From a bacterium (GTDB lineage: Bacteria; Zhuqueibacterota; Zhuqueibacteria; Oceanimicrobiales; Oceanimicrobiaceae), in assembly GCA_037446635.1 (NCBI GenBank), contig JBBIIG010000002.1:1-64000 (forward strand): a stretch of 64,000 nt of DNA. Reading direction: 5' to 3'. This document shows, one piece after another, positions 49,790 through 59,389 of this stretch. Every line of letters begins with the position of its first letter. Within the stretch, counting starts at the first letter, position 1. The translations under genes and the position numbers were made by a program. The notes under the pieces were generated by a model. It searched no databases. It saw only the letters and a list, made by a program, of their open reading frames with translations, and had not been told where the DNA came from.

Positions 49790-50797
49790 GTGAATAGATC
49801 GTCAATAAAGATGCTCGTAATTGCTGCAGCCACTTTTACGATGGCCGGCACTTGTCAGCCGCCCGGAGCGCCTGACGCCGGTTTGTATCACACGTATGAG
49901 GAGATCGAAAAGGAGCTGCACGATTTACAGTCGGATCATCCCAGCATCGCCAAAGTTTTTGATTTGGGGAAGTCGGTGGAGAACCGCTCGATTTGGGCGA
50001 TCAAAATCAGCGACAATGTTGCAGTCGAGGAGGATGAGCCGGAGATTCTGTTCGTCGGCGGGCATCACGCCCGCGAGTGGATTGCCATCGACGTGCCGTT
50101 TCTGCTGGCAAAATATCTTCTCGAAAACTACGACAGCGATCCGAAAATTAAGAGCTACGTGGACAACGGCGAAATCTGGATCGTGCCGCTGCTCAATCCC
50201 GACGGCCACCAGTATTCGGTGACCAGCAATCGGCTGTGGCGCAAAAATCGCCGCAACAACGGCGACGGCACCTTCGGCGTGGATTTGAATCGCAACTATG
50301 GTTTCCAGTGGGGCGGGCCCGGTTCCAGCGGCGACACCTTCAGCGAAATCTATCGCGGCCCGGCTCCGTTCTCCGAGCCCGAGACTCAAGTCATTCGCAA
50401 CTTCGCGCAGCAGCATAATTTTGTCGCCATGTTGAGTTATCATAATTTTTCACAGTTGGTGCTGTATCCCTGGGGCTATACCAGCAGTCCCGCACCCGAC
50501 AAAGCCCTGCTGCACGAGCTGGCGCAAACCATGGCCGACAGCATTTTCAACGTGCACGGCAAAACCTATGTCGCCGAGCAAAGCTCCGATCTCTATCTTG
50601 CCAGCGGCGACGCCACCGACTGGCTCTACGGCGAAACCACGGCGCCGTCGTACACCATCGAGCTGCGGCCCGCCTCCACGTTTCCGGGTTTTGAGTTACC
50701 GGAAAGTGAGATCATCCCAACCTTTGAAGAGAATTTGCCGGCGGCGCTGTTTTTGATCGAGTGGAGCCAGGCCAACGCGCGCTTGATTACGCTGTAG
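49790..50797 (+). CDS. M14 zinc carboxypeptidase (carboxypeptidase T-like) without a prodomain
   Basis: YHTYEE, HHAREW, WRKNR, GVDLNRN, SYHNFS and IELR motifs. Confidence 0.9.
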   Translation: MNRSSIKMLVIAAATFTMAGTCQPPGAPDAGLYHTYEEIEKELHDLQSDHPSIAKVFDLGKSVENRSIWAIKISDNVAVEEDEPEILFVGGHHAREWIAIDVPFLLAKYLLENYDSDPKIKSYVDNGEIWIVPLLNPDGHQYSVTSNRLWRKNRRNNGDGTFGVDLNRNYGFQWGGPGSSGDTFSEIYRGPAPFSEPETQVIRNFAQQHNFVAMLSYHNFSQLVLYPWGYTSSPAPDKALLHELAQTMADSIFNVHGKTYVAEQSSDLYLASGDATDWLYGETTAPSYTIELRPASTFPGFELPESEIIPTFEENLPAALFLIEWSQANARLITL

Positions 50798-50828
50798 GTT
50801 GCGCGAAGCAGTTCCCTACCACCTTGAA

Positions 50829-50920
50829 GCACCGAATGACACTGAAAACACCGAAGATAGTTGATAGAAAAAGCCGTTTTTTCTAAAGAATTTCAGTGAT
50901 ATTCGGTGTTTTCGGTGTTC
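50829..50920. repeat. Inverted 9-mer-repeat hairpin between convergent genes
   Basis: CACCGAATGACACTGAAAACACCGAA...TTCAGTGATATTCGGTGTTTTCGGTG. Confidence 0.65.
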
Positions 50921-50949
50921 AATGATTGGTGGATTATTGGGCGGGTTTA

Positions 50950-51528
50950 TTATTTGGGGGCGAATTCAACGCGGTTGTAAATGGCCTGCAAAGGAATGGT
51001 CAAATCGACGGCGGCTAATTTCAATTCATTGTGAACGTCGTTATATTCCGTAAGAATCCATTTGCCGGCCTCGATGATCGAAAAATGCTCGACGTGAATT
51101 TTGTACTGATCGACAAGCACGTATTCCTTTAAGGTGGGAATGGCGCGGTAGAATTCAAACTTTTCGCCGCGATCGTAATTCTTGGTTGACTCGGAGAGAA
51201 TCTCAAAAATGATCATCGGGTTGGTGATGGTGTCGTCGCGATTCTCGTAGTATTGCGGTTTGCCGCAAACAATCATCAAGTCAGGATAGGTGAATAAATC
51301 CTTGGATTCAACTTGGAGACGCACATCACTTGCAAATACGTCGCAGCCTTTTTTCGGGAGTTCACGATCCAGAAAAGAAGCCGCATTTAACACTATGCGA
51401 TTATGAGTGGCCGACGTCCCCGCCATCGCGAAGATTTCGCCGCGGTAGTATTCGCTTTTGTACTCCGCGGTTTCCTCGAGAGCTAAATATTCTTCGCGGG
51501 TGAAGTGTTTGGCTGCGGTTTTTTGCAT
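50950..51528 (-). CDS. Uma2 family PD-(D/E)xK endonuclease, copy 1
   Basis: [34 protein letters not shown] and EYVLVDQ motifs. Confidence 0.92.
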   Translation of the reverse strand: MQKTAAKHFTREEYLALEETAEYKSEYYRGEIFAMAGTSATHNRIVLNAASFLDRELPKKGCDVFASDVRLQVESKDLFTYPDLMIVCGKPQYYENRDDTITNPMIIFEILSESTKNYDRGEKFEFYRAIPTLKEYVLVDQYKIHVEHFSIIEAGKWILTEYNDVHNELKLAAVDLTIPLQAIYNRVEFAPK

Positions 51529-51580
51529 GATTGGCTATCCTTTAGAAATCACAATAAGATTTAATCATTTTTTTTCAATG

Positions 51581-51922
51581 TCAAGACTTTTGCCGAATTC
51601 ATCGAGCATAAAGTAGTGGCTTTCTTCCACGCTGGCGATAAACTCGTGGCCTGTAAATAAATACGTCGGTAGCCAAATCGCAATTCACTAATCTTTTGAG
51701 TTCAAACAGCCGGTCGTAATCGTACAAGTCCGTCTCTTTGATGATGGCCAGATCGATGTCGCTCCACTCGTGCACTTCGCCCGTGGCCAATGAGCCGAAC
51801 AGAATGATTTTCTCCGGCTGGTATTTTTCGATGATGAGCGGCAGGATGCGCGCTAACTCGGCTTTCAGCGCCGTTTCCCGCGCCCGCGCGGTTCGAGAAA
51901 TTTTTTTGTTGGACCTTTGCAT
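51581..51922 (-). pseudogene. Minimal nucleotidyltransferase (MNT antitoxin-like), frameshifted near the C-terminus
   Basis: PEKIILFGSLATG...SDIDL; the expected tail EFIASVEESHYFMLDE lies in another frame after IYRP. Confidence 0.65.
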
Positions 51923-52010
51923 TTTTGCTGCAAAAATAGCCAATTGATTTAAATAAATCAAGTCAAACATCCCGTCTTTGGAACTTCGTCTCCGTTTATG
52001 AAAGCTGACG

Positions 52011-53132
52011 CTATTTTTTATTTTCTCTCAGCCGCTTTTGCGCCAACTGATAAGTTCTCTTATCATCTGAGTTTTTGACGCTTTTGTACGCCCGCGCCGC
52101 CTGCTGGCGATCGCCGCGGCGCATGAAACTCTCCGCCTTTTTAAAATTGGCCCGGGCGCGGAATTTTTTTACCTTCGCTTTTGATTGGGAGGCGATTTCG
52201 ACCGTCTCTCCATAATGGAAAACGGCTTTGTGCAATTCGCCGATCTCAAAGTAGAGGTTCCCCAAATTATAATGAATGCCAACTTTGAAGAACGGCAGCA
52301 GCTCATGATTTTGAGTGAGCGCCTGTTGCAAAACGTCGATGGCCTCACTGTGCTGGCCCTGCTTCTGCAGGTTCTCCGCCAGCAGAATTTGAAAACCGGG
52401 ATTCCCCGGATAGAGCCGCGTCAACTCGCGAGCGCACCACAGAGATTTCTCAAAATCGTTTTCCATGTAGAGATAGATGTTTCCCAAAAAGAACAGCGCC
52501 TCCATTTTTGAATAGACGCCCTTTTCCGCCGCGGTGTGCAGCTCCTGCAGCCCGCGCGTTTTGTCGCCGTTGATACCGATCAGGGTCGAAACTGTTTTTA
52601 GCAGTTTCGGCATCACCTCCGCGTAGTAGTGATACAATCCGAGTCCGAGGTAAGCATCGTAGTAATCGGGCGCAAGGGCAACAACTTTTTCAAGATAATG
52701 AATGCCGTCTCGACCATAGTAATAAGCCTTCAGCCAACTCTCCTGTCCGCCGTAAAATGCGGCTTGATATAAATAGGCGGTGCCGAGGTAGAACAGCGCT
52801 TCGATTTTCTTTTCTTTGGCGACGCTCTGTTTTTTTGAAGTCTCGATCGCCTGTGCCATTAGGTTTTTGAATCTGCTTTCGAAGCGCTGCGGGTTTTCAT
52901 CGAATTGCATGCGGTAATAAAAATTCACCGCCTGGAACAGGTAGCCCTGCGGATTCTCCGGCTCGCTTTGGATGAGGCCATCGAAAATTTTGGTGGCTGC
53001 TTCCGTTTGCATCTGGTAGGCGTACTCCATTCCGGCACGCGCCTGTTGTTGGTAGCGATCGTTGGCAAAAATAGGATAGCTCATGCAAACAAAAATTGCC
53101 GCCCAAAAGAATCTTTTTAAATACTTCATCAT
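52011..53132 (-). CDS. Exported TPR protein
   Basis: Signal peptide, YYDAYLGLGLYHYY and TPR helices. Confidence 0.75.
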   Translation of the reverse strand: MMKYLKRFFWAAIFVCMSYPIFANDRYQQQARAGMEYAYQMQTEAATKIFDGLIQSEPENPQGYLFQAVNFYYRMQFDENPQRFESRFKNLMAQAIETSKKQSVAKEKKIEALFYLGTAYLYQAAFYGGQESWLKAYYYGRDGIHYLEKVVALAPDYYDAYLGLGLYHYYAEVMPKLLKTVSTLIGINGDKTRGLQELHTAAEKGVYSKMEALFFLGNIYLYMENDFEKSLWCARELTRLYPGNPGFQILLAENLQKQGQHSEAIDVLQQALTQNHELLPFFKVGIHYNLGNLYFEIGELHKAVFHYGETVEIASQSKAKVKKFRARANFKKAESFMRRGDRQQAARAYKSVKNSDDKRTYQLAQKRLRENKK

Positions 53133-53147
53133 ATTTTTTGGAATGTC

Positions 53148-53175
53148 GTAGGGGCGATTCATGAATCGCCCCTAC
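53148..53175. repeat. GTAG-type REP palindrome
   Basis: GTAGGGGCGATTCATGAATCGCCCCTAC is a perfect palindrome. Confidence 0.85.
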
Positions 53176-53713
53176 CAGCCAGCAGCGCCTCGATCTTTTC
53201 GCCGATCAGCGCTGCATAATTTTCGAACGCCGGCGCGTACCCAATATGCCGAAACCGCATTTTGCCGCCGGAGTCAACAATCACAATAGTTGGATAGTTG
53301 GTGATGTTGAGTTTTTGGGATAACGCTGAGTTTTGGTCAAACGCGACTGGAAAAGGGTAATTATGTTTTTTCACAAATTCAAGCGCCTTTTCGAGGGAGT
53401 CGCCGCCCGCGCCGGTGTTCACCGTAAGAAAGACTAATTGGGGATTCCCCTGAAATTCCGCGATAGTTTTCTCGAACTCCGGAAATGATTTTTTACACAC
53501 GCCGCACCAGGTGGTCCAAAAATCCAGCACCAAAATCTTGCCCTGCAACTCCGACGAGCGAATGGCGCTGCCGTCCGAGCTCAGCAATTCAAATGCGGGC
53601 ATTTTCGAGTCTAGATGTTTTGTCACGACGAATTGATAAATCGGGCGGCGCAGCAGCCACAACGCCGAAAAAAGCAACAGCGCTGCAACCGAAATATAGA
53701 TTAGCTTTTTCAT
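53159..53713 (-). CDS. TlpA/ResA-family thiol-disulfide oxidoreductase
   Basis: N-terminal TM, LDFWTTWCGVC and NYPT motifs. Confidence 0.9.
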   Translation of the reverse strand: MKKLIYISVAALLLFSALWLLRRPIYQFVVTKHLDSKMPAFELLSSDGSAIRSSELQGKILVLDFWTTWCGVCKKSFPEFEKTIAEFQGNPQLVFLTVNTGAGGDSLEKALEFVKKHNYPFPVAFDQNSALSQKLNITNYPTIVIVDSGGKMRFRHIGYAPAFENYAALIGEKIEALLAGRGDS

Positions 53714-53840
53714 TTTTAACTCTCCTGATAGTAAACTATGCCTCGACTGCCTTCGCATGAAGTAGCGCGAACAGACAGCGCGATGTTTTCACATGACGTC
53801 TGCCGTCTGCCATTTGCCGTTTCACGTTTCATTTCATGTA

Positions 53841-54977
53841 TCAAAACAGCGGCGTGGGAATATCGCCCCAGCGCACGTGCGCCGGCGGCGTGCTGATGTT
53901 GGTCACCACGCCCTGTTGCAGATCCACGTGTGCGAAGACCTGCGGAGTTCGGCCTAGCGTATTCGTTATGATATCGGCGCCTGTTTTGATGTCATCGGAC
54001 CTCAAACGCGTCCGTGTAAAGAGCACTTTGTAGAGATTGCGATCATAATTCTTCGGTTGATGATGACCGCCCACTTTCTGCGAAGCTTCATCTAGAGGCA
54101 GATCGGGCAGGTACCATTCTTCGGGAACGACGTAGTTCAGAAATCTGACTGCCGCGACATTTTTCCACTCGTTTAATTTTTGTTGAACCCGGTCCTCTGT
54201 TAGAGCAATATCGAGAATCGTTTCCAATTTTGCAGGCTCCGTCGCCGCCGTGGCAATGGCCGCGGAGTCATTTGAATAGAGCGCCGATAATTTGGATATC
54301 GAATAATCCCGCAGCGCGAACGCCCCAAGCAGCGCCGCCTCCACGGTTAGAAAGTAAATGGCCGTAAACGCCGATTTTCTTTTCAGCCCTGATTTCGGCA
54401 GCGCTGGAATTTTGATCATGCGCGATACCTGCGCTGGCACAAACATGCCGGTGCGGAATTGATACTCGCGATAGCTATCGCCGAATTTTTGCTCGCACTC
54501 GCGTTCTTCTTTTTTGGCGAGCCAATAATAGACAAACAGCATGCTCACGTAAATGATAAGCACGGTAAAACGCGGCCAGATCAGCAGTAACCCGAAACCC
54601 ATCACCGCAAAAGCGGCGTATTGCGGATGGCGGATGAATTGATAGATGCCGCCGGTGACCGCGCCCTTTTTCGCAAATTTCGAATAATAAATTTGTCCCG
54701 CGCTAATGAGGAAGAGTATCAATCCCGGCACAGCTAAAACCCAGCCCAACGCATGCAGACTGTTCAACAAAGCGGACGATGTTTCCGCGTAGTGCGGAAG
54801 AAAGAATCCGCTCAGCCACGCGGTGGCGGACCAGTTGTGCAGGAAGTTCAGGCTCGGGCCGTAGGTGGAATAATAGTAGAGCGCAAACGGACTGATCATA
54901 TAAACGATCTCGATGCCGATGACGAGATACGCCAGCCACGCGGCGGGCGTCAGAATTTTTTTGAGTCGGTTGGACAT
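53841..54977 (-). CDS. Isoprenylcysteine-carboxylmethyltransferase/PEMT-like membrane protein with extra C-terminal domain
   Basis: VTGGIYQFIRHPQY and EERECEQKFGDSYREY motifs. Confidence 0.75.
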   Translation of the reverse strand: MSNRLKKILTPAAWLAYLVIGIEIVYMISPFALYYYSTYGPSLNFLHNWSATAWLSGFFLPHYAETSSALLNSLHALGWVLAVPGLILFLISAGQIYYSKFAKKGAVTGGIYQFIRHPQYAAFAVMGFGLLLIWPRFTVLIIYVSMLFVYYWLAKKEERECEQKFGDSYREYQFRTGMFVPAQVSRMIKIPALPKSGLKRKSAFTAIYFLTVEAALLGAFALRDYSISKLSALYSNDSAAIATAATEPAKLETILDIALTEDRVQQKLNEWKNVAAVRFLNYVVPEEWYLPDLPLDEASQKVGGHHQPKNYDRNLYKVLFTRTRLRSDDIKTGADIITNTLGRTPQVFAHVDLQQGVVTNISTPPAHVRWGDIPTPLF

Positions 54978-55061
54978 GATGCACTCCTTTCGTTTTTGAG
55001 TTTCTTAAACGAGGAGGTTGGCGGAAAGTGTACCGAGCTTATAAGGCTGGAAGAGAAAAAT

Positions 55062-55210
55062 GAAGATGATAAACCGGTTGCGCGTTTGGTTCCTTTTTCA
55101 TCAGTCAGTGAGTCAGCCACATATTGCGGGATTGAACAAAGAAAAAATTTGGATGAGTAATGATTTCGATGCACCAGTATCTGATGAATTCTGGATCAGT
55201 TCAAAATTAA
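55062..55210 (+). pseudogene. Remnant of a Phd/YefM-type antitoxin
   Basis: DKPVARLVP in one frame and HIAGLNKEKIWMSNDFDAPVSDEFW in another; the N-terminus is missing. Confidence 0.6.
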
Positions 55211-56355
55211 GTGCCACGCACTTTCGAAGTGCGTGGCACTTTCAAAAATCCCTCCCGAAACTCCGACGGCGTCATCCCGGCGTGGCGCTTGAACGCAGCG
55301 TTGAATGAAGAAACCGAATTGAATCCCACCTCCAGTCCGATGCCCGCCAGATTCAAATTCTGATTGGCCGGATCCGCAATTTGCCGTTTCGCCTCCTCCA
55401 CCCGCTGGCGATTGATGAACTCGAAAAAATTCTGTCCCAATTTCTCGTTGATGATCTGCGACAGGTGGTGCGTCGAGATTTTCAACTCGCTTGCTAAGAC
55501 CGGCAGCGTCAGATCGCTGCGCAGATACGGTTTCTCCTTTGCCATGAAATCGTGCAGCTTTTGCAAGTAAGCCTCAGCCCTTTCCGGCGTCAAAGTGGAT
55601 TTTTCATATTTTTTGGACGCAAGCTTGCCGTCGGCCGCGCCATAGAAAATTTCCGGCTGGCGCAGCCCCATGTACCCCATCCAGTAAATGGCGATGGCCA
55701 CCAGCAGCCAGATGTAGTTGGCGCTTTCGATGGCAGGATAAATGAGCTGTATGAAAAAGGAGGCCAACCAGATGAGAATGATCGCCAGCAGCAAATTCCG
55801 CAGCCAGCTCAAATTGATTTTTTCCAGCGAAGAAAATGACGATTGAATGCGCTCACGATGCCGCCGTAGTAGGCGCGCAATGGCCGCGATGTATCCCAAA
55901 AGCTGCGCGAGGATCAGCCAGTAAATGGCGACGCACTGCCAGCATTGCTTTTCATGATCGGAAAGAAAATGCTGGATCTTCACTTCCGCGGGTTGGAGAT
56001 AATGAGGGAGGAGCAGCGCCAGGCTCAACAAGGCCGGCGCAAAATGCAGAGCCGTTTTGCGAGTGAATTCCAATGGATGGCCGGTCATCGCGCGCACGTA
56101 AAAATAAAACAGCGGCGCCAGAAGAAAGGTCAGCGGCGGCTCCAATTTCGTTAGATGAGGAAAATAGATGATGTGCCCGGTATAGGCCAGGGTATGCAGC
56201 GTCATGTTGGCGGCGAAAATGATCAGGATGGCCGCCATGATGCGATTGGCGGCGCGATTGCCGCGGCGAAGGTTCAACAGGGTGATCGCCAGCAGCAGGC
56301 CGTGGCCAGCGCCGACTAATAGCAGAATTGAAATCCAGTCGAATACAGGGTTCAT
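55207..56355 (-). CDS. Membrane-spanning AraC-family regulator
   Basis: About 7 TM helices, KYEKSTL, EKPYL, HHLSQIIN and GFNSVSSFNAAFK motifs. Confidence 0.9.
   Translation of the reverse strand: MNPVFDWISILLLVGAGHGLLLAITLLNLRRGNRAANRIMAAILIIFAANMTLHTLAYTGHIIYFPHLTKLEPPLTFLLAPLFYFYVRAMTGHPLEFTRKTALHFAPALLSLALLLPHYLQPAEVKIQHFLSDHEKQCWQCVAIYWLILAQLLGYIAAIARLLRRHRERIQSSFSSLEKINLSWLRNLLLAIILIWLASFFIQLIYPAIESANYIWLLVAIAIYWMGYMGLRQPEIFYGAADGKLASKKYEKSTLTPERAEAYLQKLHDFMAKEKPYLRSDLTLPVLASELKISTHHLSQIINEKLGQNFFEFINRQRVEEAKRQIADPANQNLNLAGIGLEVGFNSVSSFNAAFKRHAGMTPSEFREGFLKVPRTSKVRGT
55209..55241. repeat. AAGTGC-type palindrome, copy 1
   Basis: AAGTGCCACGCACTT-TCG-AAGTGCGTGGCACTT. Confidence 0.8.
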
Positions 56356-56409
56356 CGGTTCAAAATTTGTCAGTAGTTATTGGTCAATAGTCCGCGGCAA
56401 TGGCAACTG

Positions 56410-56442
56410 AAGTGCCTGGCACTTTTAAAGTGCCAGGCACTT
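56410..56442. repeat. AAGTGC-type palindrome, copy 2
   Basis: AAGTGCCTGGCACTT-TTA-AAGTGCCAGGCACTT. Confidence 0.8.
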
Positions 56443-56508
56443 ACTGACTATTGCATGACTGATTTGAATTAACTATTTTTAAATAAAACTTTCAAACGGA
56501 TTCTGATT

Positions 56509-57366
56509 ATGCCCATTTATGCGCAATACTATTTCTGGCTCACGGGGATTTCCCTGTTTTGTTTTCTACTGGAGCGCCTCGCGCCGTGGCGGCGCGAGCA
56601 GAAAGCCTTTCGCAAAGAGTTTTGGCAGGATGTGTTCTGGCTGGTATTTAACGGGCACTACCTCGGACTGATCCTCGCCATTTTCACGGGCTATACGGTC
56701 AAGCTCTTTAATTCGTTTCTTTTTAAGCTCGGTCTGCCCGTCCCCGAATCGCTGGAGCTGCTGGCGGGCGCGCCGCTGTGGGTGCAGTTTATCGTGTTTT
56801 TGATCTTGAAAGATTTTATCGAGTGGAACATTCATCGGCTGCTGCACAACGTGCCGTGGCTGTGGGAGTTTCATAAGCTGCATCACAGCATCGAGCAGTT
56901 GGACTGGATCGGCAACTTCCGATTTCACTGGGGCGAGATCGTGGTGTACAAAACGCTGTCGTATTTGCCGCTGGTGATCCTCGGTATTGATGAGCGCATC
57001 ATCCTCATTATCGGCATCATCTGGACTTTGATGTTGGATATCAACCACGCCAACCTTGCCATCGATTGGGGGCCGCTGCGCTACATTTTGAATTCTCCCA
57101 AAATGCACGTCTGGCACCACGACGTGGAAGTTTATGGAAAGGGCGGCCAGAATTTTGGTCAGGTGCTGAGCATCTGGGATTGGATTTTCGGCACCGTTTA
57201 CTGGCCAAAGGATCAGGAGATGCCGCAAAGGTTCGGTTTCAAAAATATGGAGACCTATCCGCGGGGAGTTTTGGGAAGGTTTGTGTATCCATTTTGGAGA
57301 AGGCGGCTTTTCGGGAGGGGTGCTCGACTGCAGGAGACCGCTTCGGCAGAGGACGCCTCGCGGTGA
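56509..57366 (+). CDS. Sterol desaturase/fatty-acid hydroxylase family protein
   Basis: HRLLH, FHKLHHS, HVWHH and NFG..LSIWDWIFGT motifs. Confidence 0.88.
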   Translation: MPIYAQYYFWLTGISLFCFLLERLAPWRREQKAFRKEFWQDVFWLVFNGHYLGLILAIFTGYTVKLFNSFLFKLGLPVPESLELLAGAPLWVQFIVFLILKDFIEWNIHRLLHNVPWLWEFHKLHHSIEQLDWIGNFRFHWGEIVVYKTLSYLPLVILGIDERIILIIGIIWTLMLDINHANLAIDWGPLRYILNSPKMHVWHHDVEVYGKGGQNFGQVLSIWDWIFGTVYWPKDQEMPQRFGFKNMETYPRGVLGRFVYPFWRRRLFGRGARLQETASAEDASR

Positions 57367-57380
57367 CGGGACGGGGTATT

Positions 57381-57485
57381 GTCATTGCCTGCCCGTTCGC
57401 TTGGCGGATCCGCTTCGCGGACGCAGGCAGGCGAGACTCGCGCTTTTCAGCCTGCCGGCGCAGGCAGGCGAGTCGAAGTAATCTC
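57381..57485. repeat. Nested palindromic elements
   Basis: GTCATTG|CGAG...GAAGTAATCTC host carrying two CCTGCC...GGCAGG inserts, one of which contains a twin T(T/C)CGC..GCGGA insert. Confidence 0.7.
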
Positions 57486-58067
57486 ATCGGTGTCTTTTGG
57501 AAATTCCACGCGGCTGTAAATCGTCGGCAGAGGAATCGTGAGATCGACGGCGGCCAATTCCAATTCGTCATTGATATCGTTGTATTCGGTTAACACCCAT
57601 TTGCCAGCTTCGTTGATGGCAAACTGTTCAACATGAATTTTGTGCTGATCGACGAGCACGTATTCTTTCAGTGTGGGAATGGCGCGATAAAATTCAAACT
57701 TCTCACCGCGATCGTAATTTTTTGTTGATTCGGAGAGGACTTCAAAAATAACTATTGGGTTGGTGATGGTGTCGTTGCGATTATCGTAAAATTGCGGTTT
57801 GCCGCAAATGATCATAACATCTGGATACGTAAACAAATCCTTGGATTCCACCTGCAGCCGCATATCGCTTATAAACGCTTCACAGTTTTTTTTGCCAAGT
57901 TGTTCATTTAAAAACGTGTAGAGATTTCCAGCGATCCGATTGTGATCAAGCGACGCCCCGGCCATGGCGAAAATCTCGCCGCGATAGTATTCGCTTTTGT
58001 ATTCCGCGGTTTCTTCGAGAGCGAGATACTCTTCGCGTGTGAAGCATTGTTTTGCGGGTTTTTGCAT
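57447..58067 (-). CDS. Uma2 family endonuclease, copy 2
   Basis: Close paralog of 50950-51528; the C-terminus runs into the repeat element. Confidence 0.92.
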   Translation of the reverse strand: MQKPAKQCFTREEYLALEETAEYKSEYYRGEIFAMAGASLDHNRIAGNLYTFLNEQLGKKNCEAFISDMRLQVESKDLFTYPDVMIICGKPQFYDNRNDTITNPIVIFEVLSESTKNYDRGEKFEFYRAIPTLKEYVLVDQHKIHVEQFAINEAGKWVLTEYNDINDELELAAVDLTIPLPTIYSRVEFPKDTDEITSTRLPAPAG

Positions 58068-58224
58068 GACAGTACCCTTAAAATTTCTGGTTGACATTTA
58101 CTAATTTTATTCATCAAAGTCAATATCGCACGCTCTTCGTTTTACGCTTTGCACTATGCTCTCCACGCTCTGCGTCACAGCAAATTTCGTTGCTTTTGTC
58201 TCTCCAATTTCTATATTGAGTGGC

Positions 58225-58515
58225 ATGGATGACAAACAACTTTTTGAACAGACGCTGAGTGCCAAACTCAAAGAGTGGCAGGAAAAATTCGCAGAGCTGG
58301 AATCGCAAGCCGAAAAAGTATCGGATCAAAATCAGATTGAGTTCTACCGCCAATTAGATTTGCTCGACGCCAAGATCGATCTGGTGCAGCAGCGGCTGGC
58401 GCAGTTGCAGTCCGCCAAGAAGGGTCCGGCGATCGATGCCATCAAAGCCAACATCGACGGCATCGGCACCGAGATCGAAAATGCCATCGACAGCGCCTGG
58501 GCAAAACTTACTTGA
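58225..58515 (+). CDS. Small coiled-coil protein
   Basis: AKLKEWQEKFAELE...IENAIDSA helical pattern. Confidence 0.7.
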   Translation: MDDKQLFEQTLSAKLKEWQEKFAELESQAEKVSDQNQIEFYRQLDLLDAKIDLVQQRLAQLQSAKKGPAIDAIKANIDGIGTEIENAIDSAWAKLT

Positions 58516-58517
58516 CC

Positions 58518-58590
58518 ATGATGGATTGATGGATTATTGGATTAATGACCCATTAATCCTGTTCTCCAATACTCCAAGCTCCTTTACTCC
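58518..58590. repeat. Inverted octamer-repeat hairpin related to 7001-7106
   Basis: GATGGATTGATGGATTATTGGATTAATG-ACC-CATTAATCC...CTCCAATACTCC. Confidence 0.6.
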
Positions 58591-58622
58591 AACTCACAAT
58601 CCACATTTCTTGCTGCCTATAA

Positions 58623-59294
58623 ATGATTCGAGAGCTTATTCATTTTTTGGTACACACCCCAGCAACGCTTGCCCTTTCCCGCCGGCTTCCCCATCCTCAA
58701 CTTTATGATACGCTGATGCTGCGCGCCGACGAGCGCGGTATGTCTTCGTGGCGCGCGACGCTGGTGGAAAATCTACACGGCGACGTGCTGGAAATCGGCT
58801 GCGGCACCGGTTTGATGTTCCCCTACTATCCGAACGAAATTTGCCTTGCCGCGGTGGAGTTGATTCCTGATTTTCTCGAATTGGCGAAATCTCGGGCGAG
58901 AAAAAGCGACGCGCGCATTTCACTTTTTCACGGCGACGGCGCGCAGCTTCCTTTCTCTGAACGACGGTTTGACTTTGTGATTTTCGGGTTGGTGCTGTGC
59001 AGCGTTCGTTCGGTTGCGGAAGTTTTGCAGGAAACTCGACGGGTGCTAAAGCCGGACGGAGAGATTCGGCTCATCGAGCACGTGCGCAGCGCGCAGCCCT
59101 TTCACGGCGCAGTGATGGATGCGCTCAATCCGGTGTGGAAATTTTTGAATCAGCAAAACTGCCACATGAACCGCCGCACCGAATCGCTGCTGGAAGAGAA
59201 CAGCTTTCGAGTTACGGAGAGCCGACCGTTCAAAATTTTTAGTCCCGGCATTCCGGCGTTTCCAATGCGGTGGCTGCGCGCGATGGCCAAGTGA
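58623..59294 (+). CDS. Class I SAM-dependent methyltransferase
   Basis: VLEIGCGTG, VLCSV and RVLKPDG..RLIEHV motifs. Confidence 0.88.
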   Translation: MIRELIHFLVHTPATLALSRRLPHPQLYDTLMLRADERGMSSWRATLVENLHGDVLEIGCGTGLMFPYYPNEICLAAVELIPDFLELAKSRARKSDARISLFHGDGAQLPFSERRFDFVIFGLVLCSVRSVAEVLQETRRVLKPDGEIRLIEHVRSAQPFHGAVMDALNPVWKFLNQQNCHMNRRTESLLEENSFRVTESRPFKIFSPGIPAFPMRWLRAMAK

Positions 59295-59326
59295 CACCGA
59301 TTCAGCGCTTCGTTCATTGCAAATAA

Positions 59327-59367
59327 AACCCCGTAGGGGCGATTCATGAAATCGCCCTTACGGGGTT
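59327..59367. repeat. GTAG-type REP palindrome between convergent genes
   Basis: AACCCCGTAGGGGCGATTCATGAAATCGCCCTTACGGGGTT. Confidence 0.8.
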
Positions 59368-59389
59368 GACCAAAAGACAACTTGTGAAA

